DNA of 64,000 nucleotides from Geosiphon pyriformis uo1. Its lineage: Eukaryota; Fungi; Glomeromycota. Below, one piece after another: positions 53,242 to 64,000 of this stretch. The notes beneath the pieces are model-generated. The model did no database searches. It saw nothing but the letters and a program-made list of their open reading frames with translations, and was not told the DNA's origin. The DNA is taken from the NCBI GenBank assembly GCA_016748015.1, contig JAAOMT010000128.1, positions 193,538 to 257,537 of the forward strand. Direction: 5' to 3'. Numbering within the stretch: position 1 is the first letter of the stretch; each line of letters starts with the position of its first letter. A program made the position numbers and the translations under genes.

Positions 53242-55208
53242 ATGTCAATGACGCCAATTGTTACAACTCGTCTTAAGGATCCACCTATTCACACGACGCA
53301 AACACACTTGTCTACCAAAATATCTCGACGCAGTGGTTCTACAAGTGCTGCTATCGACCTCTCCGATCTGCTAAATTTCAAGAAAGACGCTACAAAAAGG
53401 GGAAAAATATCAAAGGAACGACACATTTATTACGAACAAATGCCAAATATGTTGGACACTCTCAACGAATCCTCCGAGGTAATTGGCCCGTCGCGGAAGA
53501 GTAAAGAGAAGGAAACGAAGCGGGCAATTAGTAAGAGTACTATGATTAAATCGGAGGTTTTAGGTATAGGAATTTGAATCTTACAGTCCTGTAAAAGGTA
53601 TCCCGAAATAGATACCTATTTTAACTGATCAAACTTTAGGAGCTGATGATACTAGTATAGGCCTGCGTCCTAAGAGGGAAACGACTGTAGGATCTAGGTA
53701 TATGGCTCAATTAAAACATTATAAGCCTTCTCTATTTGGTTGAACCATGAGCTAATAATTTATCTTATCTTATAACTTAGTAGCAAGAAAAAAAAGCTAA
53801 AGCGTGAGACAGAAGATAACGAAAGTGACTATTCAGAAACCGAAAGGATCACTTCAAGAAAGACCAGTGTTAAGAAAAAGTCAAAACAATCAACCGTGAG
53901 TATAATCATTGATTTAAATCATTATATTTGAAAATGACTTTCATTTTCCCATCAAATTTCATTCATTCATTCATTCATTCATTCCTTCTCTTCTTTTAGA
54001 AATCAACCAAGAATAGCAAGAAAAAGGGTAACGCGAATCAAAAGAAACGAAAGCTTAATAAAAAAGCTGAAGAACCAGTCGAAGAGGACTTTTCGCGAAT
54101 AAAACCAAAAGATCAAACTCTTATTGGCACTTTCTGGAATGCTGTGGATTTATACGCTAAGCCATTATCAGAGGGTGACCAACAATATCTTGAAAAACTA
54201 TTGGTAAAAAACCATTTCGATTTTTTTATATTTAAGAAACCTAGATCATGAACTCCATCCAATTTCTTCGAGTTTATACATAGGACCAGTCATATAATCA
54301 TAAATTTTATGAGATACCTCCGCTCGGGAGACATTGGGAGGACACTAAAGTAGACGATGATTTGTTAAGTGATCGAGGGGAGCCATTTGACGAAGTAATT
54401 GATGAAGATAGTCTGGGTCCTGAGTTAAAATACGGGACACTCTCTAGTCGATTACTTACCGGCTTGATATCAGAGAAATCTGAAATTGATGTTAGGACGC
54501 TTGGTGATAATGTAGAAAAAGAGGTTAATGGATTCAACTCCATGAAAGAAAACACTTCGAGTTTTCCCCAACTTGGTAATCTTGAAGATAGTTTAAAAGC
54601 GGAACTTCAATTTGCAGGAATTTTTTCGGAAGAAGAAGATCTTAGCCAACTAGTAATCTCGGGAATTTTATATTTTTGAATTCATAAAAGTTAGTAGTAG
54701 AAAAAGAGAAATATCTCAATAATTCATTACGCATTAGGCTCCTCCTTCTCCAATTCCTCATCCAGTTGGAGAAACCAATGATGAAGTACTTGGGAAACTT
54801 ATCGGATTACAGGAGGCTTTAAAACAACAAGCCAAAGTTAATCAAACTCGACTTTCGAAGCTTATCTCAAAAATACCAGATCACATCGCGTACCGCCAAT
54901 TCTCCGACCTCATGGATCAATTAGACAAAGATATTGAAGATTCTTATGTCGCGCGTTTTGTATGTAAAATTTCAAGGTTTGATGCTCTCCCTTTGAAAAT
55001 GATTTTTTATTTATTTATTTATTAACAACTTTTATCAAAGATGCCGGCAAAAGCCAAGAAGAAAAAGCAAGCAGTACCAGATTTCAGGTACTGCTTGGAA
55101 CGACGAAAGAGATTTGAAGAAAATATCGGGACTATTTTCAATCCCGAAGAATTCCAACTGCCAACAGCATCAATATTCGCTGAAGATCTTGAGATCCTTA
55201 ACTCTTAG
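53242..55208 (+). CDS. ADA3: Ada3/Ngg1-like SAGA HAT-module subunit, multi-exon (start could be 53137)
   Basis: KPKDQTLIGTFWNAVDLY..LSEGD, IPPLGRHW, GTLSSRLLTGLI, LEDSLKAELQFAGI, NDEVLGKLIGLQEALKQQ, LDKDIEDSY match Ada3 blocks in order. Confidence 0.75.
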
Positions 55209-55483
55209 TCGACATCTTTAGCGAATAAATTTTGCTTTTCTAAACTGCCGAATAATAAATGCCCATGCATGCATGTGAATACCAAAATTAAGTTATTATA
55301 AGTCCAATAAAATTTCTCTTGGATAGTGCGAGCAATTATCATACTTGAATTTATTTTCCATCTTTTGAGATCACGGACAAAGAAGTACATTGTGAATTGC
55401 TTGGAATCAATTTACAGATTTCCTTTAAATTTAGTTTATAATTTATATAATCAATTTCACAATATAATAGGACTAACACTCTA

Positions 55484-56414
55484 TCATAGAATTATCGAAG
55501 GTCTTGAGGTTGGAGTGGGGGTGCACGGACGATCAGCCAAAGAAATATGAGCTTTGGACTGAATTCTTAAATCAACTGAATTGGAATTTGCGGAGGTAGT
55601 AGTTGGGGACGAATTATGATCCCAATCTTGAATAATTATCGTGGGGACAGATGTGTCCCCACCATTTCCAAGTGTGCCATTATCGCCTGAAATCACCGTC
55701 AATATGGGTACTTGTAGCTTAGTGTGTGTAAATGGCTGCTTTTTGTTATCATCTTCTAGTGAAAAGCCAAGTAATTCATCACTATCATCGTCAACTAAAT
55801 CTTCGAAATCTCTTGAAGAATTATGCAAAGCGACATTGGAGAGGGCATGAACAAGATCTTTGGCGAATGTATTCGAATTTGGGGCATCTTCACGAATTTG
55901 AACCCATTCAAGTGGCGGAGACCCAGGTGGAGATATTAGCCAATTTTTTTCGATTTGGGGGACATGGAGGTGTTGTGAGTCATGATTTTTATCACGTATT
56001 GGAGTATACTGGAAAAGTATGTTTTTAAAATCAATTTTTATAATAGTTTAGGAAAAATGTATAAGAAATCGAAAGATGAGAATTATATTCTCATTTCAAC
56101 AAAATTTAACTAATTACCATGCCATAATATATTCGAAGGGTATTTTTCAAAAAGATCGCCCTGTCAAGGTTGGTCTTTGCCACTTTTGCATCGGTTGTTT
56201 GATAAAAGACGGCTAGAATACGATTAAAACATTTCATAGGAACGAACTTGTAAATCTCCCCATACTCCTCCAGCTGACTCCGTAATTCAGCAAGGGTTTC
56301 TTCACTCAAAAAAGTTCTGCGATTGAGATTAGTGATTAGTAAAGTATTTGTAGCGGGCGTCTCTTGTTTTACCGAGATAGAAAGAGAGTTGTGGAAAGAG
56401 GCGCTGGGAGGCAT
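55484..56414 (-). CDS. RCN1: Calcipressin / regulator of calcineurin; exons 56414-56118 and 56008-55484
   Basis: RRM TNTLLITNL..FNRILAVF..LRIYYG, signature WLISPPGSPP, PxIxIT-like VPTIIIQ, C-terminal PTPTSRP. Confidence 0.92.
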
Positions 56415-56699
56415 TGTGATTTTTTTGCAATTGATTGAAGCAGGGCTAAGTTCTTTTTTCAGCGAAGATATCGAAATTTTAATCAATTTTGCGATAGAGT
56501 TGCCGTTTAAAGAAGGTGAAAGGTTGTCAATTTATGAGATAAAAAAACACCCAATTTATAATGTTTTACGGAATCGGTTATTCCCATAAAAGAATGTGAA
56601 CATTGATTTCTTGGCCACACTAATTTCATGGCTTTTTTGCCAAGCATTCTAATATAAAATAGATTTAATAAAATTGTCATCTGTCTTCTGTCTTCTGTA

Positions 56700-59600
56700 A
56701 GAAAGATCTTTTAAATAAAAGAATTTCATATTAAAGGGTATAAATGGTGTCAGTAAAAATGATTCACCGTCTTATATTCACTAAAAAATAAGTTTATTGA
56801 ATTGAATAATAATATATTAATTGAATATCATACCATCATTAATGAAAAATATAATTAAAGAGAAATGTTCCAAATTCTTAAATACAACAACAATTAAAAT
56901 CAAGTAGCAATTAAATAATAAAAACAAATCTGCATAAAAAAGAGCCTTAATGTAATAAAAATAATGTTAATTAAAATAGTACTACAACAAAATATATAAA
57001 AGAAAAGCTTTTTTTTTGATAAAATCTATCAATTTATTAGGTTATTAATCAAACAATTAATTATTACAAATTAATAAAATAAATCAATTTTGAAAACCAA
57101 ACTTTTTATATAATTAATTGTTTCAAAATTTACAATTTAACTAACATTTTGAAATTGATTTACTAATTTTAATAATAATTTAATTACTTTAAATCTAAAC
57201 AAAAGATTTTTTTTTTAACAAAAACATTTTATTTTATTATATTTGTTTATTTTATTTTTTTTATATTATTAAAAAGCCTACAGTCAAAGTTTTCTGTAAA
57301 AAAATTGATTTTTACTGCAAAATAATTCTATATTATTTAAGAGTTTAAAATTAAAAAATTTTTATCTTTTTTATTTAATAAATAAAATCTATATGTTATT
57401 TAATATTATATATTAAAAAATAAAAATAAAAAATTATTAACTATTAAAAATACAAATTTATTATAAAACACCAAACTATTTTTTTTATAATTGTTTTATA
57501 TTTAAATTTAATTAACTATATCTTATTATAATAAACAATACTTAAATTATAAACAAAAGTAATAAATTTATTGTTAATAATTTTGGTATTACCAAAAACA
57601 AACAAAATTTTATCATACCAATTTTTAAAAACAATACTTTTATATAAAATAGTATACATTATATTATTAAATACAAAAAAAAACAACAATTATAATATAT
57701 ATAATAAAGACATTAAATATTAAAATACTGTTTGTTAAAAATATTTCTAAATTATAATAGACAATAATAATACAGAGTTTTTATAAAATAAAAATGCAAA
57801 TTAACTGTAAATTAATTGTAAATTTAGAACTTATATGTAAATTAAAATATTATATCAAAAATATTTAAACTTAATTAATATTTATAATTATATTTTTATT
57901 AATAGTATTACAGCTTAATCTAATCTCTTAGCAAATACAACAAACTATTTTAAAAATATTACAAATAAAATATTTAAATAACTTTTAATTTTAAATTATA
58001 TAGCATTAAAATTTTTATTCTTAATAATATTCAATATATAATATTTTTCAATTTAACAATAATTGCAAAAATTTAATAAAACCAAACTTAATTTAGATAA
58101 ATAAACATTTAAAATAATTTGACTATTTAAGTTTATTATTATAATATTAGATACAAAAATATATTTTAAAGCCAAAATAATTGTTTGCAGTTTAATTATT
58201 ATAAAAAAAATGATTTTTTAACTTTGATATTAATTTAAATTTAGATTTAAAAAAATACAATTATACTATAAACTATTTTTAGTATTCAAAAAGTTTATTA
58301 TTAAAGTTATTTTTCTCTTTATTTATATTTGCTTAAAAAACTTTAAATTATGCCAAAAAAAATAATAAACTATTTTGCTTAAAAAGTTTCTTAGCAAACT
58401 AGTTTTTGTTTTCAAATTAAAGTATTTTATTTATTATTGTTTTTTTATTAAAGTTTAATAAATACAGTCTAATTACAATCTAATATACAAAACAAAGATT
58501 AAAAGTTTTAACTAAATACAATTTATGTTCTTATTATATGTGATTAGTTACTCAGATTAATTAAGCCAATAATAAGCTCTTATATAAACAGCTATCTTAT
58601 TATTCAGACCTAAAAAAAAAAAAAAACTTGTAAAAACCAAAATTAATACCAAATAACTTATTAATACCAATTAATCTAATGATTTTATCTGATAAATCTA
58701 ATATTATAACATAAAATTTATCTAGTACCACTTCAATATTATTAATTAAATTATATTTTTCCATATTAGCTCTATATTTAGATCTAAATTTCCACAAATC
58801 AAAATAATAACATTTATCTAAATTATGCACAAAATTAACCAAAATCTAAACAGCTTTTTTTTGATCATCAAATACCAATATAGTTTTATAGTATCAATTT
58901 TTAAGCACAAAGCTCTTACAAAAAAATACATATAAATTAATATCTAATAAACATAAAAAAAAAATTTTAATATTATTAAAGATAATTAAGCATAAAATTT
59001 TATCAAAAATCTGCAAACTACAATCTGTTTAAGTATTATTTTATTACAGAAATTAGTCTTCTTTGAATATATAAACACATAATTAGAAAACTCAACTTTT
59101 TTATATTGTAAATATAAAATATCCAAATAGTTTTTATTATAAAGTCTTTTTTTGATTATGATTGATAATTTTTTATAGACTCTCTTTATAAAATATATAT
59201 ACAAACTAATTAAAACTTTACTAATAAAGCCTAAAAACATATATAAATATTAAACCATAATAATTCAAACTTAATTAACTACTTAAACCAAAAATTCATC
59301 TATTATTTAAAACTAAGTTTAACTTTTCAATAAGTATAACTTATTAACTTATATATATTATGAACAAAATAACAAACATTATTAAACAAAGCCAAATCAT
59401 TGGTTTTAATAAAGTATTTATATATATTGCTAAGCAGCAACAAAAAAAACAAGCAATTTTACTTGTTAAAATATTAACATAAATATTATTTAAGATTCTT
59501 AAATATTTTTTAACTTTAACCAAATTATTAAAAAATTTTTATTCTTAATTAAATTTACAATGTGTTTTCTTTTTATGTAAAAATTAAATTGAATATTTTG

Positions 59601-62600
59601 TTTGCTAAAAATAAGTTTTTTTTTAATAATTAATTTAATTTAAAAAATTATAATTTGTAATATAAAAAAAATAAATATTTAACCAACAAAAAATATTTTA
59701 AAATAGTATAAAAATATAAATAATTTAATTTTAATTATTATAAATTAAATTAAAAATTAAATTAAGTTTTAAATTATAAAAATATTGAAATATTTATTTT
59801 TAAATCTAATTTAAATAATTTAAGTTCTAAAATTACAATTAATAATAATAATATTATTATTATTAAATATGTTTACAAAGTTTTAAAATAGTTGGTTGTT
59901 TTTTGTTAATTTGTTTGTTTTTTAAAAATTGAGTTTTATACTAAAATTTTATAAAAACAAAGTTAATTTATGTTAATAATATTAATGCTATAATTGTTAA
60001 AACAATAAATAAAAGTTTTTTTATGGTTTTAAACAGTAATTTTAATAAAAATAATTTTAAAAAAAGTGTAAATTTTAAATAATATTTGGATTTAGATTTA
60101 TATAATTCTTTATATAAGTGATTTTTAAGAAATATTTTAACTTAAACCAATTTTAAAAATGTAAAAAAAACAATTAATTAATAAAAAATTAATAAGTTTA
60201 ATTGCTAATTAAAGTATATATAAAATTAATAAATTTTTTAACACAAATTATTATTTTATTTTAGTATCTTTAAATTTAAAAAATTATTAGATTTTTAATA
60301 TTAATTTGATTTAAAATAAAATAAAAAATTAAAATTATTAATATAATTCTAAAAAAGTTATTTTTGGTTTAAAATATTAAATTATTTAAATAAATTTTAT
60401 TTAATTAAGAATAAAAAAATTTAAACATTATATAAACTTTTTTAATTAAGTTATATTAAATATAGTTAATAAAATTATGATTAAAATATAGTTAATAAAA
60501 TTATGATTAAAATATAATTATAGAATTTTAATATTGTTATTTGAATAGAAAATTAAAGTAAAAATCAAAAAAAATATATAATTTATAAATATATAAATAG
60601 TATATAATAATAAAAAATAATTAATAATAATTAATAATAATATAAAATAACAAATTATAATTAATAATAACAGAATAATAGAAAAATAATAAAATAACAA
60701 AATCAACTTATAAAATTAAAAAATATATATATATATAATTTTAATTTAAAAAAAAACAATTTATATAAAAAATGAATAATTGAATTGAATTTTTTTTAAA
60801 ATTTATTTATTTTTTATATTTAAAATAAAATTAGTATAATATTCACAAATTGAACCAATTATTTTTAATTATAATAATTAATAAAATAAAAAATTTGTAA
60901 TTATTTTAAATATAGCCAAAAATTGGATAAACAATAATATAATAATTTGATTATTATAAAAAATAATTTAATCTTATAATAATCTAATAAAAAAAAGTAT
61001 GTATTTAAAAAAATTAATTTTACAAAGATCATAACTTATTAAAAAAACAAAAAAACAAAATTAAATTCTAGTAATTACAATTAAATAATACAAAATAAAT
61101 AATTATAAATAAAAAACTATTATTAAAAATTTTAAAAAGTTCTAATATCTCTGTTTTTTATGAATAAGTAAAATTATTAATAAAAAATCAAAACTTATAT
61201 TATGTAAATATAATATTAAAAATTATAATATTTTATTTAAATAAAATTAAAATCAATCTACAAAAAACATATATATTATATGTAAATTATATACAAAACC
61301 ATAAATTTTGAATACAAAAACAATTTCAAATAATTTAGATTAAAGTTTATGTATTTTAAAATAAATTAAACAAAATTTAATAAGTTTAAATTAAAATTAA
61401 TTAAAGTTTTTTAATATAGTAAATAACTTATTAAAATTTATATTTGTTTACAAAAATTAATAACTATTTTAATAAAAACAAAAAGTTTAAAACATAAAAT
61501 AATATAATAAAACCTTATATAAAAAAAACTTTTTTTTTTAAAAATATATATATATAATAGATATTTAACAAAATAATATTTTTTATACTTAAAATAAAAT
61601 ATAATTTTTAAAATTTTTAATTATGATAATAAAATAAATCTTTTTTTTCTTAAAAGTTATTATAACTTTTAAATTTAATAAAATTTAGAAATTCGAAATT
61701 AATAGACAATTAAAATTAATTTCTGGTAGATTAATTTTTGAATATTAAATCTAAAAAACTCTGTTTTAAAACTTTATTTTTAACTAAAATTAAAAATTGA
61801 AAAATAATAACTTGTAAGACTAATTTAAAATTTATATTAAAAAAACATATTTATTTTATATTTTTTTATTGTTTATTATTTATTTTATTTTTATTTTTAT
61901 TTTTGAAATTAAAAAGCAGATAATTTTAAATTAATTTTAAAAACAATTCTTCAAAAAATAAATTAATATATTTAAATATTTTTCTTAAATTAAAGTTAGA
62001 TAATAATTATTAAAAAATTTAAATATAAATATTAATTTGCAATATTTTTTTAAGAATATTTGGTAAATATTACATTAACAAAATTAGACCAAATTCTAAC
62101 AGTAATATAAAAAAAGTAAATTAGAAATTATAATTAACAAAAAAAAAACCTGTAAAAAAAATAGAAAATTAAATATTCTATAAAAAAAAACAATTTATAA
62201 GTAAAAAAAACAATTAACTAAAAAAAATCTTTGATAATAAAGTTTACAAATTTTTTTTTAAACTTTTTAAGTTAGAATCATTAGTAAAAAAAATTTTAAG
62301 ATTTTTTAAATTAAGTAATTTTAACAATTTAATTATATTATTGTATATTTAATATAGTTTAAATTTTATATTAATTATTATATAAAATATGTTGTTAAAA
62401 ATCTTAATTTAAATATAGTTTTGCAATAATTGGTTGTTTTTAAAAAACAATACAAATTATTTAAAATACAGAAAATTAAAACTACAAAAAAAATCAAAAT
62501 TCAAATTATTACTAATAAGTATATAAAATTTATTGTAAAAATTATATAATTAAAAATTTTTAAAATAATTATTAAAAACATTGTTCTAAATTATGTAATT

Positions 62601-64000
62601 TTTAATAAAAAATTAGTATTAAAATTTGATTTGGTTAAATTTAAAGCAAATATTATTATAAAAAATTAAATAAAACAATATATAATAACAAATAATATTT
62701 TTTTAGTTTAAAAAATTTAATATATTTTATTAATTTATATTAAAAATAATTGTTTTTTGAATTATAAATATATTTTTAAAATAGATTGATTAAAATAGTT
62801 AAAAACTTTTAAGTAATAAAACTAGTAAATTGTTAAATATTTTTAATAAATTATAAAAATACTATAATAATTCTGATTTAATTTTTTATTAAATTTGCTA
62901 AATATTTATTTAAATAAAAAAATTGTTCTTAATAAGTAAAAATGTGTTTAAATTTTAATAAATTTTAAGCTTTATAGATAAAAAAATGGTTTAATTAATA
63001 TATAATTTATTGTTTTAATTAAAACAGCCAAAAATATTTGATAATATAAATAATATTTTACATAAAACCAATTTTTTAGTATTAAAGAGTATATTAATAT
63101 AAATACTTATTTTTATTGTTAAGTTAATTGTTAAAATTCTTAAAAAACAATTAAAAAGTATGATTAATATTTTATTTATTAATAAAATTAATAAACAATA
63201 ATAAAATTCAAATTTTATTATGTATTTTACAGTTAAAGTTTTTGTCAATAATACAATTTAAATTAACAATAATTATGTAGTTATGTAAAAATTTTAGTTA
63301 ATTTTAAGATTAAATTTATAAATTTAATTATTTGTAATTAATTTGTTAATACAATTAAACTAAATAAATTGTATAAATATTTGAAAATCATGCTTTTTAT
63401 AAAAAATTTAAGTATTTTTAATTTGAAAATACAAATTTAAATATTAATTTTTTTAACAATATAGTTTTTTATTATTATTAAGATTTAATGAGTATGGTCC
63501 AACTATTATTTAGAAATTAAAAACAAATTAAGTATTCTAATACTAAATATAGTTTATATACTTCTATATATAACTAGTTATTTAAATCAGTTTAGATTAT
63601 ACTATATTGATATTCTAAAAAAAAACTTACACAAAAAAACATTTTTTAAACAATTTTAAACAATATAGCATTATTATTAACCAATTCAATTAAGCATTCA
63701 GCCATTTTTAAGACATTAGTTTTCATAATAACAGGTTCATGTTCTCAAAGCAATATTAAATTAGAAAACATATTATTATTAACAGTAAACAAACTTACAT
63801 GGAAGCCAAACATATTAATGTCTTTATAGCTATACTCAGTTTTCAAAACAATTATCTTCTGCTTTAGCTTACTAATAATTTTGCTAAAGATACTTATATA
63901 TACCAAAATTTTATTAACTCTAAGACCAAAAACACTACTTAAAACCAAATTTTTATTAATAAATTATTCAAACAAAGTGACCATAAAATCAACTGGCTTA
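56700..64000. other. Ultra-AT-rich zone with LINE-like relics (~58400-59500, ~63680-64000, minus)
   Basis: Very low G+C. The residual C-rich/A-rich texture resembles the minus-strand LINE, but no reliable translation is possible. Confidence 0.45.

Noticed and set aside
57279-57300. TA-CAGTCAAA, a possible Tc1/mariner TIR start
   Set aside because: No convincing inverted partner found.

Overview
AT-rich, intron-containing fungal genomic DNA. The gene and transposon style suggests Glomeromycotina, possibly Geosiphon-like; this is recognition only, not a search result. 1-22.7 kb is a four-level nest: a decayed minus-strand LINE, interrupted by Ty3/Gypsy element A (1613-22402), which holds a full-length relative B (6413-16486, inside A's dUTPase) and an inverted solo LTR (20423-21233). 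An intact ILV2 gene (24113-26729) follows. Next is a second LINE (APE-RT-RNaseH, minus) interrupted by a different Gypsy family, C (29434-36993). Then come an ultra-AT-rich relic zone with a MITE, an inverted internally deleted intron-bearing ILV2 copy (45509-46643), a host gene island (GNA1, ALG9, ADA3-like, calcipressin) and a final AT-rich relic zone. Main leads: (i) all three Gypsy elements carry a related third ORF after integrase, preceded by a TATA box and ending at a shared GAGCTCAAT motif before the PPT; (ii) A/B pol has a Cys-rich block, a dUTPase and a second dUTPase-like fold between protease and RT; (iii) C has an in-frame TTTAAAC -1 frameshift site with a hairpin; (iv) two TSD pairs reconstruct to CpG-centred targets; (v) the solo LTR forms a long fold-back with A's 3' LTR.
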